From positions 480,001 through 544,000 of the forward strand of contig CAXXWS020000002.1 in NCBI GenBank assembly GCA_963665325.3: a DNA stretch of 64,000 bases. The letters are read 5' to 3'. A model generated the notes under the pieces. The model searched no databases, had not been told where the DNA came from, and saw nothing but the letters and a program-made list of their open reading frames with translations. The DNA is from Alphaproteobacteria bacterium. Its GTDB lineage: Bacteria; Pseudomonadota; Alphaproteobacteria; Bin95. The position numbers and the translations under genes were made by a program. Of this stretch, positions 1 to 10,107 are shown one piece after another (the first letter of the stretch is position 1; each line of letters begins with the position of its first letter).

Positions 1-2
1 AC

Positions 3-3000
3 GCGGTCACCGTCACCGGGCTCGAAAAGCAGCAGGCCGAGGACGGCAGCACGCAGGTCCGCATCACGGCCCGAACGCAGGACAATCGAACGGTCCGCTT
101 CGAGCCCGGCGACATCCGGAACTGGACCGGCGAGATCGCCATTGACTACGCCTATGCGGCGACCTGCACGACCGCCCAGGGCCTCACCATCGACGCCGGC
201 TTCCTTTTGCTGGACGAAGGCATGGCGCGCGAGACCACCTATCCGGCCGCCACCCGGCACACGCGCCACCTGCAGGTCGTCGCCGACCGCCTGCCGGTCG
301 CGATCGCGATCGCCGGCGCCACGCCCGACGGCGAGCCCGGCCATGAGGTCTCCGACGAGGAGATCGTCGCCACGCTCGGCCGGCTCTGCGGGCGCTCGCA
401 GCCCAAGCAGGCCGCGATCGACTACATCCTGGCCGCAAACCAGGCGGACATGCCGCTCCAGGGCGAGCTCGAGATCGGGCGCGAGCCGGTCCCGGCCGCC
501 GAAGCCGCCAACGACGCCGTCCAGCCCGGCACGGCCGGCGCCGGGCCGCGCTCTCCGGGCGAGCCTCCCGGCGCGGCCGTGCGCCGGCATGCCGACCGCG
601 CCGCCGTCCAGCGCATCCTTGCGGAGGCGAAGCGCCAGATCCCCGAGAACGCCGCCCGGGCCGAGGCCGTGGCGCTCGCCGCCGACATGGAGGAGGTCGA
701 AGAGGACTGGGCCCGGATCGCGGCCGATCCCGCCCCTTCACCCGACCTCGCGCCGCAGGTGCAGCACGCCCTCGACCGGCATCGCCAGGTCCTGCGTCGC
801 GTGCGCGTGTTCCTGCGCAACCGCAACCGCACGCGCGGCAAGAGCGACAGCCGGGACCGAACCCGCGTCTCGGACCGGGGGCTCGAGCGGTTCGCGCGGC
901 TCAGGCGCAACATGCGGGGCCGCTGGCGCGACACCCTCAACGAAGCCAAGGCCGAACGGACCGCAGAGGCGCTCGACCGCGACTGGAAGGAACTCCGGTC
1001 CCGGGTCGGCCCCGATCCGCTCGCATTCCTCGAAGAGCCCGAACATGCGGTCCTCGTCCGCCGCACCGCCGAACTGGCCGGGAGCCGAACCGCCGCCCCC
1101 GCGACGGCTCGCGACTGGCGCGCCTTCCTCGACGAACACTTCACCTCCCTGTCGCTCGAACTCTGGCGGGTCTGGAACGCCGCGCATCCGGGCGCGCCGG
1201 AAAGGAACCGGTCGGCCCGGGATGTCGCTGCCTACCGCACGCTTCTCCGACAGGCCCATACGACCCTGGCGACCTTCCGCTGTCTCACCGGCCGCAACAA
1301 TGCGCTGGAACTCCAGCGCTGGCGCGACTTGCTCGTCCATGCGCCTACCTACCGGGAGGCGCTCGGAAGCCTCGCCCGCTCCCTGGACAATGAAGAAAAG
1401 GACCTCCGGCGCCGGGAGACCAAGCTCGCAGGCTCCACCCTGCCCACGAGGCGGCTGGCCGACCACATGGCGAACCTCGGCGCCGCCGCCCGCCTTCCCA
1501 GCTTCAGGGAGAGCCAGCGCAAGACGATCCGCCGCTTCGTCCGCCAGCACCGCCAGGCGCGCAAGGAGGCTGGCGTCACGCGCACCGACGCGCCCTGGCC
1601 GACCGATGGGCAGATCGAACGCCGGATCGAGACCGGACGCGAACTCCGCGAGGGCTGGCGCCGGGTCCGCGAAGTCACCCGCGACGATCCGCTGGCCGCC
1701 CTCGACTACCTCGAAGCCCGGTTGGTGATCGAGCGCTCCGCCGAACAGGCGCTGGACCCTTCGCTCGACGCCGATACCGCGAGGGAACGCACGGCGTTCC
1801 TTGTCCGGGAGCTGCAACAGCTGGACACGGCGCTGGAGGCGGCCCGGACCGCCGTCCGCGCGCCGACCGCCTCCCCGGGATGGAGCCATGCGGAGTTCGA
1901 GCAATATGCCCGCCTGTGGAACCGCGCCGCCGCGTTCACCCGCACCCTCACGATGCTGCCCGACGGATTCGCCGTTCCGAGCGTCCCCGGAGGCAAATGG
2001 CAGGACTGGCTGAGCGCCACGCCGAACACGCGGGAGGCGTCCGACATGCTGCTGCGGTCCATACGGGCCGAGGAGGCCGCGATCCGCGACCGCGAAACCG
2101 TCCTGCCCGGTTACACCCTGCTGACCCGGCGCCTCCACGACCACATGGAAACCCTCGAGGCGCTCACCGGACCCGGCGAAGACACGGCCTTGAGGAGCGA
2201 CGGCGAGCGTCGCGAGCTCCGGAACCTGCTGGAGTCCTGGGTCGAGGCGCGCGAGGCCGCCGGCGTCACCCGCACGGACGTCCGATGGCTCTCCGACAGC
2301 GAAGCCGATCAGGCCGCCGCAAGGAGGGCCGAGGGACGCGCCCTCAACAAGGCATGGCGGGACTTCAGAACCGGCGATCGTCCGGTCCATCCGGCTCTGC
2401 TCGACCAGCCGGACCACGGCAGTCTCATCGCCCGCACGGCCGCATTCGCCCTGGATCTGGAGGACAGACGCCCCGAAACCGGACGGAAATGGCGCGAGCT
2501 TCTCGAGATGCACCTCCAGCAGCTTGCCCGCCAACTGAACGACGCATTCGAGAGCATAGCCGGAAGCAGCGACCGTAGCGCCCGCAATGTCGAGCAGTTC
2601 AACCGGTATTTCCGGCTGCCCCGGCGCGTCGACGCCCTCGCGGACATGCTTGCGGCGGTGCCTCCGGCCATGACGCAGCCGGTCGATTTCGACCTGCAGG
2701 ACTGGAAGCGCCGCCTCGCTGAGGCGCCCTCAGGCGACGATGTCTATGAACGGCTTGTCGAGGACCTCTTCGAGGAAGAGCGTATCGTCACGGAGCGGGA
2801 GGACGGCCTTCCCGGTTCGACCCTTCCGACCCGCCGCCTTGGCGAACATATGGCCGTGCTCGAGGCGCTGATCTCGAGCGACGTGGTGGGCTCCGGGGAC
2901 AAGGAGTATTTCCGGGGCCTCCTGGACGCCCATCGGCAGGCCCGGGCGGACGCGGGCGTCACGGTTGCAGACCTGCCATGGCCCGACACGCCCGAACTCC

Positions 3001-3974
3001 AGGTCGAGCATGACTATCGACGCATTCGCAACGCCGTCGAACGGGCCGCCGGCCGAGCCAGCGACAGCGCGCTCATCAACGAGCCCGGCATCGAGGCTCT
3101 CGGGCCCGAAGCAGCACGCCTGCTCGCAACGCCCTGGCTTTCCGCCGACGGCCGCCGCTACCTCGATAAATTCCAGGACCTGATCGACACGGAAATCCGG
3201 CAGCGCAACGATGTTTCCGGAACCATCGAAAGGGCCCGCGCCCATCTCCAGGAATACCCTGCAATTCTCGACCGCGCGCTTGCCCCCAAACCGCCTGAGC
3301 CCACCCCGGACGACCAGGACACCCGCCCGGGCCTTTTCGGCCGCGTCCGCCGGCTTCTCGGCGCCGAGGACGACATTCCCGCCCGCCCCGCGGATCCGGC
3401 CCCGGCGCCGCAGGCGCTCAACGATTTCGATCCGGACTACCGCAAGTGGGATGTCCTGGCTGAGCAACTCGTCAAGAGGTTCCGGCATTGGCGCTCGGCA
3501 GCCCAGCTCGCCCGCCGCGATTTCGTCGAGCGCCGATGGATCGACATGGCCGATCTCATCGCCGAGTTCGAAGCGATCCGCAGCGCCGCTCGCGACCCGA
3601 AGGCCGAACCCTATCGGATCGAAACCCCGGATGCCGGCGCCTTCGCGGCCGCAGACCAGCGCCACGATCCCGACCGCCTCGCGACCCTGCTGCGCGACGT
3701 CATCGGGCCCGAAGACGAGCGCAGCAGCGAAGCCGTGCTCGAACTCGCCCGCAGGAACCGCGCCTGGCCCGACGAGACCCTCGCCGTCTTTCGCCGGCAT
3801 GCCAGGCAGGCAGCCGCCGCCGGCGAAACCCGTTCCCTGTCGCGGCTCGCGGCCGGCCTGCCCAGAAACCTCACCCGGAGCCTCACGAACCTGTCGGAGG
3901 TGACCTGGCAACATCAGGGCGAGGACATAGACCGCCGGCGAGAGCGTGAGCAGGGATACGACCGCTCAATGTGA
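3..3974 (+). CDS. traA: Conjugative relaxase-helicase (TraA-like), 5'-truncated by window edge; helicase C-terminal motifs followed by long repeated helical region
   Basis: Frame is open from position 3: ...IDYAYAATCTTAQGLTID...TYPAATRHTRHL matches SF1/RecD-like helicase motifs V/VI of TraA relaxases; basic tail RRREREQGYDRSM typical of T4SS substrates; transfer genes in same window. HUH domain not visible. Confidence 0.75.
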   Translation, partial: AVTVTGLEKQQAEDGSTQVRITARTQDNRTVRFEPGDIRNWTGEIAIDYAYAATCTTAQGLTIDAGFLLLDEGMARETTYPAATRHTRHLQVVADRLPVAIAIAGATPDGEPGHEVSDEEIVATLGRLCGRSQPKQAAIDYILAANQADMPLQGELEIGREPVPAAEAANDAVQPGTAGAGPRSPGEPPGAAVRRHADRAAVQRILAEAKRQIPENAARAEAVALAADMEEVEEDWARIAADPAPSPDLAPQVQHALDRHRQVLRRVRVFLRNRNRTRGKSDSRDRTRVSDRGLERFARLRRNMRGRWRDTLNEAKAERTAEALDRDWKELRSRVGPDPLAFLEEPEHAVLVRRTAELAGSRTAAPATARDWRAFLDEHFTSLSLELWRVWNAAHPGAPERNRSARDVAAYRTLLRQAHTTLATFRCLTGRNNALELQRWRDLLVHAPTYREALGSLARSLDNEEKDLRRRETKLAGSTLPTRRLADHMANLGAAARLPSFRESQRKTIRRFVRQHRQARKEAGVTRTDAPWPTDGQIERRIETGRELREGWRRVREVTRDDPLAALDYLEARLVIERSAEQALDPSLDADTARERTAFLVRELQQLDTALEAARTAVRAPTASPGWSHAEFEQYARLWNRAAAFTRTLTMLPDGFAVPSVPGGKWQDWLSATPNTREASDMLLRSIRAEEAAIRDRETVLPGYTLLTRRLHDHMETLEALTGPGEDTALRSDGERRELRNLLESWVEAREAAGVTRTDVRWLSDSEADQAAARRAEGRALNKAWRDFRTGDRPVHPALLDQPDHGSLIARTAAFALDLEDRRPETGRKWRELLEMHLQQLARQLNDAFESIAGSSDRSARNVEQFNRYFRLPRRVDALADMLAAVPPAMTQPVDFDLQDWKRRLAEAPSGDDVYERLVEDLFEEERIVTEREDGLPGSTLPTRRLGEHMAVLEALISSDVVGSGDKEYFRGLLDAHRQARADAGVTVADLPWPDTPELQVEHDYRRIRNAVERAAGRASDSALINEPGIEALGPEAARLLATPWLSADGRRYLDKFQDLIDTEIRQRNDVSGTIERARAHLQEYPAILDRALAPKPPEPTPDDQDTRPGLFGRVRRLLGAEDDIPARPADPAPAPQALNDFDPDYRKWDVLAEQLVKRFRHWRSAAQLARRDFVERRWIDMADLIAEFEAIRSAARDPKAEPYRIETPDAGAFAAADQRHDPDRLATLLRDVIGPEDERSSEAVLELARRNRAWPDETLAVFRRHARQAAAAGETRSLSRLAAGLPRNLTRSLTNLSEVTWQHQGEDIDRRREREQGYDRSM

Positions 3975-4427
3975 TCGCGTCGGCCCGGCCGGAGGTGCGC
4001 CCCCGGACCCGCTTCCTCTTCTCCCATTGCGATGTGCCAGGTCGTCGACCGTATAGCGATCGAACACTGCGAAGAAGGCTTCCTCCGCTTCCGTGAGAAT
4101 GGACCGGTAGCGGCAGCATGAGGCGGTCCGGCACGCGCCGGCCCCGTCGGGAAAGCACTCGGCGAGCGGTATGGAACTCTCGACATGACGCACTATCGCG
4201 CCAAGCGAAATTGTCCCTGGCGGACGAGCCAGCCTGACCCCGCCGTTCTTTCCGCGAACCGTCTCCACGTGCCCGGCCCGTCCCAGCTGCCAGACGACCC
4301 TGGTCAGGTGGCTTCGGGAAATCCCGCAGCACTCCGCGATCTCGCGGATGGTGGAGAGGCGCTCTTCGTATACGGCGAGATACACGAGCGCCCGCAGGGC
4401 ATAGGCGGTATGCTTGCTCAGCCGCAT
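3966..4427 (-). CDS. nsrR: Rrf2-family transcriptional regulator (NsrR-like)
   Basis: MRLSKHTAYALRALVYLA...TIREIAE...SHLTRVV..L...G.VETVRGKNGGVRLA; C-terminal Cys cluster (ECF..ACRTASCC). Confidence 0.85.
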   Translation of the reverse strand: MRLSKHTAYALRALVYLAVYEERLSTIREIAECCGISRSHLTRVVWQLGRAGHVETVRGKNGGVRLARPPGTISLGAIVRHVESSIPLAECFPDGAGACRTASCCRYRSILTEAEEAFFAVFDRYTVDDLAHRNGRRGSGSGGAPPAGPTRSH

Positions 4428-4812
4428 TGCCTGCCTCCGGCGTGGCCCGACGAGGGCATGGACTCACGGCACCATCCTCCTCAGCTTGAGCGCAAGCGCA
4501 TTCATGGTCCAGCGCCGAATGCTGGCCCCGATCGGCGGATCGACTTTCCTTCGCGGTCTGTGCCAGGCTGCTGCTGCGCGGTGCTGAACCTCCAATGGGC
4601 GCCGCGTAGCGCCCTGGCGGAGGTCAACGACAATGCTCCGGGCGCCGCCAGGGCGCTCCTCATGAAAGCCGGGTGACGACACCCCGATCGGGAGGAGTCT
4701 TCCAGCCGCCCGATCCCCGGAAACTGGAGGCGCATCCAGGCCTGTGTCAAACTGCGATCCCGTGCCGGAGCGGCGCGGTTCGACCGTTATCGACCAGTAT
4801 GGGAACGCCGCC

Positions 4813-7800
4813 ATGTCCGATTACGACAGTTCCGATGGAATAGCTGCCGGCACGGCCGATATCATCGACAATCTGACGCCCGGCGCCGGTCCCGGCTTCC
4901 GCGAGCATGACGGGCGCGAGGCCGGCGATGTCGAGATGGCCCGCACCGGCGTCGACCTGCTGTTCGCCTCGATCGGCTCGGGGCTTTGCCCCGACGGCTC
5001 CGTCCTTGCCGACGACCGCGACCGCCTGCTCTGGAACGCCGTCGAGCAGCTGCGCAGCCATGTCGGGCGCCTGGAAGCGCGGCTGGAGAGCCGTCTTCGG
5101 GAACCGACAGAGGAGCAGCGCGAACAGCGCGCCGGCGACAACGAGGCCGACGGCGGAGAGACCGACGTCCTGCTTGCGCAGGGGGCCGAGAACACGCAGC
5201 TGCAGCGCGACATCCTTCGCCGGACCCTCGACCATGCGCTGAACCGCTATGGCGAGGTCGTGGGGCGTCCGTGGCTCGCGCGCCATGGCACGGTGAATAC
5301 CGGCGCGTCGGAACACGGGCTCGGCAACCAGGTCGACGCTTCGGCATGGTTCGCCGCGCGGGAGCTCCGGGAACCCGCTCCCAATATCGTGACCCATGTC
5401 CGCGAGGCCATGGAATATGCGGACAGGAAGCGCGCCGCGCTCCGCGATGCAGCCGGGGAGCAGGAGCTTCTGCCCCGTCTCGAGGACCTGACCTTTCCCT
5501 TCGACGCCGGCGGCCGCGAAGAGACGGCGGCTTCCGTCGCCGGCATGTTCCAGGCGCTGGAGCTGATCTTTCCCGACGGGACCCAGCTCCAGGACGAGCG
5601 CCGCGCTGGCGCCTGGCGCACGGTGCGCATGTTCGACGCCGGCGCCATCAGGGCCGCGGAGGACGCGCTCCGGCGCATGACGGACCATCCCGCGCTCGGG
5701 CCCGACCCGGCCCCGGAGGCCGCGGCCCTCTTCGACGAAGGCACCCGGGAGTCGATGCTGCGCGTCCAGCAGCTCTCCAGGGCGGCCGATGCGGCCGGCG
5801 CCCTCTATTGCGAGACCACAGGCGAGGAAGAGTGGAAACGCCGCGACCCCTCCATGACGGCGGCCGGAGGTCCCCGCGACCGGACGTCCCTTACCGGCCG
5901 GCACTACGCGGCCGCCGGGCGCGCCGTCGCTCTCGGACATCCCGCGCCGCATCAGCTCGACGGGCCGAACGTCGTCATCGTCGGCAGTCCCGATCTCGAC
6001 ATGGTCCGGGACCGCGAGACCGTGGAAAGGCGGCTCTCGCAGCTGCATCGGCAATATCCGCAAATGGTGCTGCATTACGGCGCCCGGCTGCGCGACGCCG
6101 GAGGCGTGGACCGCCTCAAGGGCATCGACGCCATCGTCCACCGCTGGGCCACCGGCCGGGGTGTGCCGCTTGTTCCCAACCCGCCTGTCTGGGACGCGGA
6201 GAACAAGCGCTTCAACCTCCATGCCCGCGACGACGCCTGGATCGCGACGAACCCCGACCTGGTCGTCGATTTCGGCGGCACCGGCAATGCCCACATGCGC
6301 TTTCTTGCGCTGGCCCGGGAGAAGGGCCTCGGATCTCCCGGCCAGCATGCCGGTCCGCGCAGCTACGAGACCGGCAAGGCCTGCGTCTTCCGGAGCACGC
6401 GCGGCGAGTGGGGCATATTCAACAACTCCGCGCGCCTGCCCGAACCGATCTCCGCTGCGGACCGCGCCTTCGCGACGTCGGAACATCTCTACCAGGCAGC
6501 CAGGTTCCGCCGATCGCCCGAAGTCCAGGCCCGGATCGCCGGCGCGCGCTCCGCAGTAGACGCCGCGAAAATCGGCAGTGACGAGACCAACGGGCCCGAT
6601 GCCGACTGGAACCGCCGCCGCGTCGACGCCATGCGCTGGGTCATCCGCATGAAGCGCGAGGCCCATCCCGGGCTTGTCGATGCCGCCCTCCAGAAGACCG
6701 GCGACCGGGAGATCGTCGGATCCTCGGACGAAGACCGGTTCTGGGGGGCGCGGCCGGAGGACGGCAGGCTGGTCGGCCAGAACACTCTCGGGCGCCTCTG
6801 GATGGAGCTGCGCCAGCAGCTCCGGGAGGGCGATCCGCTGTTCCGCGCGTCGGCCTGGACGAATCCCCTGACGCCCGACCCCCGCTCCGCCGGCGCCGTC
6901 GCACACACTTCCGAAGCGATCGTCACGGAAGAACAAGCCGGGACATCCCGGTCCGATGGCGAGGCCCGCATCCTTCGCTGGGCCGGCATCGGCTCCCGTG
7001 ACACGCCCGCCGACGTCCTGAACGACATGACCAGCCTGGCTCGCCGTATGGCGGACTCAGGTTGGCACCTTTTCTCTGGGGGCGCCAAGGGCGCTGACAC
7101 GGCATTTGCAGCCGGCACTCCGGCCGACCAGCGAACCATATGGCTTCCCAAGCCGGGTTTCGAAGGCCTCCGTGGACCCGACTGCCGCGTTCTTTCTCCG
7201 GATCGCGCGCAGGAATGCATGGCGATCGCCGAGCGACTTCACCCCGCCTGGGACCGGTGCGACGACTTCGCTCGCAAAGCCCATACCCGCAACGTCGCCG
7301 TTCTCCTCGGGCCGAACCTGGACACTCCCGTCGATGCCGTCGTCTGCTGGACCGAGGACGGAAAGATCAAGGGCGGTACCGGCATGGGCCTCCTGATCGC
7401 CCGGGAGGCGAATATCCCCGTCATCAACCTCGCGACAGAATCCGCAGGGTCCGCATGGGAACGGCTCCGGCAGCTGCAGCACCGGCCGCCTGCCGCACGG
7501 ACTGCGACCGCCACGACATCCGCGACCGCAACCAGGTCGCGGGGTCCCGATCCCGACCAGCGCCGGGAGTTCCGGCAGCAACGGCTCCAGGCCAGCTTGC
7601 GCGGGATGCTGCACGGCCTGCCCCTCAAGCGCCTGGACCGTCCGGTCCTGGCCGAACTCCACCGTGAGAGGGCCCGCACCGCCGCCGAGGAGCGCCTCGA
7701 CAGCCTGTCCCGCGACCAGCTGCACGACGCCCTCGAGAGCATCGAGGAGCAGGCCGGGCAGCTGCGCGCCGAATTGGGCGCCGGCGGCCGCTCCGGCCCC

Positions 7801-10107
7801 CATGCGGCCGAGACGGGCAAGCAGATCGCCGCGCTGGACGCCGCCGGCGACCGCATCCACGCGGTGCTGGCCGAAAAGAACTTGGCGGCGCTTCGCGAAC
7901 AGGAAGGCCTGGACACCGAAATCGCGGCGGACGCCCAGGAGCGCGTCATGTCCGTCATGCTGTCCGTCTGGAAGCTCGCCTCGGAAGGCCCGCTCGCCAT
8001 GGAGCCCAATCTCCTTCTCGGCGCGGCCGCCGGCATCTTCATTGGCGAGGCCGGCAAGGTCGGCGTGGACCTTGCCGACCGGACGCGCATCCGCTCCGGG
8101 CATGCGCTGGCGCATACGCCGGGCTCCGAGGAGGAGACGCTCGCGCTGGCAAGCCGCGGCCCCGGCCAGGATCCCAAGAAGTCCGGCGAGGCCTTCGAGC
8201 ACATGCTGACCGACGTCGAAACCAAGGAACGCGACGAGCAGTACAAGGCCCTTGCGCATCGCAGTCGCCTGCTCGACGTCATGGCCGAGACCGCTCAGAC
8301 CTTCGCCCAGGCGAGCCGCGTGGACATGCGCCGGCAGGCCGCCGCCCGCGAACGGCGCCTGACCGGGCACCTCGAGGGCGTGGCGTCCGGACCGGCCGTC
8401 CAGCGCCGCCAGGACGAGCTTCGCGCCGCCCATGGCGAGCTCATCGACAACATGTTCGGAAACCTGGCCGCCCTCTGCCCCGTGGACCATGTCTCCGCGG
8501 CCGATCCGCATCACGGCTCGTCCTCGGACCGCGACCGGCTCCTGGCCCGCTTCGCGTCCCTCTTCCGGGAGGTCGATCGCAAGATCGGGAAGCAGATCGA
8601 CCGCATCTCGGGCACCGGCAAGGACCCACGCAATACCGGCAGGCTCCGCGAAGCCGGCGCCTGGCTACGCGAGCTCGCCGGCCATGCGGAACAGGCCATC
8701 GGCAAGCATACCGGCCGCGCTCCGCTCCTCTGGAACCGGCGGGAAACGCAGACCGCCGGGGAATGGCTGATGGCACGCCAGCGCCGCGCACTTCAACTCG
8801 AGAAGGCCGAGGCGCTCGCACCCGACGGCCGCCATGTCGCCATCGTCGGAGGGCGCGACCTACACAGCCGCCATGCCGGCCGCATCGCGGAGCTGCTCAA
8901 CCGCGAGCGCGCCGCCAATTCCGGCGAGCCGCTGGTCCTGCACTGCATCGCCCGGGACGGCGCCGGGCGCTACGCCGCCGAATGGGCCGCCTCGCACGGC
9001 GTCACCTGCGTCACCCACCGCCCGCACCGCTACTCGCCGGCGCATCTCAGGCGCCGCGACGACCTGGTTCTCGGCATCCCGCCCGACACCGTCTGGAACT
9101 TCGGCGCCGAAGGCGGCCATGAACGGGCCGCAAGCATGCTTCTCGACCGCGCGAGGGAGCAGGGCGACGGCATCGATATCCGCGACATGGCCTCCGAACT
9201 GGAAGGCCCGCTCTCCGGGGATATCGTCATCGAGCCGCGCGAGCAGGTGGAACGGGACTATGCCCGCATCCATTACGCCTGGCAGAAGGCGGAGGCGCTC
9301 GCCGGCGACGGGCCGCTGATCTACCGGGAGGGCGTAGAGGAGCTCCTGCCCGATATCGCCCGCACTCTTGCCAGCCCGCATCTCGCCGGCAAGGAACGGC
9401 GTTTCCTCGACGCGTTCAAGGGCTCGATCGAGAGCGAGGTCCGGGTGCGCGACGAGATCTCCCGCGCCATCGACCGCGCCCGGGACCATCTCGCGTCCTA
9501 CGGGGCGCTGCTGGAGCGGCGCGGACCGCACCAGGCCGGCACGGTGCTCAACGACGTCGATACCGACTACCGCAAGTGGGATGTCCGGGCCGAGCTGATG
9601 GTCCAGACCTTCGACAACTGGTTCGGCACCGGCAACACGGCCCACCGCGAGCACCTGGACCGCCGGCGCCTCGACCTCACCGACCTCGGCGCCGAGCTCC
9701 GCGCCATCCGCAAGGCCGCCCGCGATCCGGAGGCCGAGCCCCACCGGGTCGAGGTCTCTGTCGAGATCGGGGTCCATTCCTGGGACCAGCTCTTCGAACG
9801 CAGGCGTTTCACCGAACTCACCCTGGAGACCCTCAAGCCCGAGGACGAGCGCAGCCCGGAAACCGTCGCCGAGTTCGCCCGCTGGTCCCGGGCCTGGCCG
9901 AAGGAAACCCAGGCGACCTTCAAGACGATCGCGACCGAGGCGGCGCGCGAGAAGGAGCAGCTTCACACCAAACGCCTCGCCGCCGGCCTCCCGCCCGGCC
10001 TCGCCGCCGGCATGCTCCACATCAGCGAGGAAATCTGGTCCTACCAGGGCGAGGAGATCATGAGGCGGCAGGCCGAGCGCAGCCGAGGCATGGGAATGTC
10101 AGCATGA
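4813..10107 (+). CDS. Large polyvalent protein: DUF2493/YspA-like SLOG, NADAR, DprA-like SLOG, second DUF2493-like SLOG, relaxase-like C-terminal domain
   Basis: 1787-aa ORF (4744 possible, ATG 4813 preferred). SLOG: VVIVGS..LHRQYPQMVLHYG..GIDAIVHRWA; NADAR 6361-6830: FATSEHLYQAARF..LQKTGDREIV..DRFWG..GQNTLGRLWMELR; SLOG 6970-7480: WAGIGSRDTP..SGGAKGADTAF..RN..VVCWT..GGTG; SLOG ~8820-9190: VAIVGGRD..LVLHCIARDGAGRYAAEWA. Confidence 0.85.
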   Translation: MSDYDSSDGIAAGTADIIDNLTPGAGPGFREHDGREAGDVEMARTGVDLLFASIGSGLCPDGSVLADDRDRLLWNAVEQLRSHVGRLEARLESRLREPTEEQREQRAGDNEADGGETDVLLAQGAENTQLQRDILRRTLDHALNRYGEVVGRPWLARHGTVNTGASEHGLGNQVDASAWFAARELREPAPNIVTHVREAMEYADRKRAALRDAAGEQELLPRLEDLTFPFDAGGREETAASVAGMFQALELIFPDGTQLQDERRAGAWRTVRMFDAGAIRAAEDALRRMTDHPALGPDPAPEAAALFDEGTRESMLRVQQLSRAADAAGALYCETTGEEEWKRRDPSMTAAGGPRDRTSLTGRHYAAAGRAVALGHPAPHQLDGPNVVIVGSPDLDMVRDRETVERRLSQLHRQYPQMVLHYGARLRDAGGVDRLKGIDAIVHRWATGRGVPLVPNPPVWDAENKRFNLHARDDAWIATNPDLVVDFGGTGNAHMRFLALAREKGLGSPGQHAGPRSYETGKACVFRSTRGEWGIFNNSARLPEPISAADRAFATSEHLYQAARFRRSPEVQARIAGARSAVDAAKIGSDETNGPDADWNRRRVDAMRWVIRMKREAHPGLVDAALQKTGDREIVGSSDEDRFWGARPEDGRLVGQNTLGRLWMELRQQLREGDPLFRASAWTNPLTPDPRSAGAVAHTSEAIVTEEQAGTSRSDGEARILRWAGIGSRDTPADVLNDMTSLARRMADSGWHLFSGGAKGADTAFAAGTPADQRTIWLPKPGFEGLRGPDCRVLSPDRAQECMAIAERLHPAWDRCDDFARKAHTRNVAVLLGPNLDTPVDAVVCWTEDGKIKGGTGMGLLIAREANIPVINLATESAGSAWERLRQLQHRPPAARTATATTSATATRSRGPDPDQRREFRQQRLQASLRGMLHGLPLKRLDRPVLAELHRERARTAAEERLDSLSRDQLHDALESIEEQAGQLRAELGAGGRSGPHAAETGKQIAALDAAGDRIHAVLAEKNLAALREQEGLDTEIAADAQERVMSVMLSVWKLASEGPLAMEPNLLLGAAAGIFIGEAGKVGVDLADRTRIRSGHALAHTPGSEEETLALASRGPGQDPKKSGEAFEHMLTDVETKERDEQYKALAHRSRLLDVMAETAQTFAQASRVDMRRQAAARERRLTGHLEGVASGPAVQRRQDELRAAHGELIDNMFGNLAALCPVDHVSAADPHHGSSSDRDRLLARFASLFREVDRKIGKQIDRISGTGKDPRNTGRLREAGAWLRELAGHAEQAIGKHTGRAPLLWNRRETQTAGEWLMARQRRALQLEKAEALAPDGRHVAIVGGRDLHSRHAGRIAELLNRERAANSGEPLVLHCIARDGAGRYAAEWAASHGVTCVTHRPHRYSPAHLRRRDDLVLGIPPDTVWNFGAEGGHERAASMLLDRAREQGDGIDIRDMASELEGPLSGDIVIEPREQVERDYARIHYAWQKAEALAGDGPLIYREGVEELLPDIARTLASPHLAGKERRFLDAFKGSIESEVRVRDEISRAIDRARDHLASYGALLERRGPHQAGTVLNDVDTDYRKWDVRAELMVQTFDNWFGTGNTAHREHLDRRRLDLTDLGAELRAIRKAARDPEAEPHRVEVSVEIGVHSWDQLFERRRFTELTLETLKPEDERSPETVAEFARWSRAWPKETQATFKTIATEAAREKEQLHTKRLAAGLPPGLAAGMLHISEEIWSYQGEEIMRRQAERSRGMGMSA

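Noticed and set aside
4428-4812. oriT or small CDS in this intergenic region
   Set aside because: No recognisable nic motif or convincing ORF; oriT more likely lies near the relaxase 5' end outside the window
142-10020. Long alternative-frame and antisense ORFs (142..1728, 738..2534, 4747..6936, 4986..6581, 8860..10020)
   Set aside because: Arg/Pro/Ala-rich shadows of real genes in high-GC DNA
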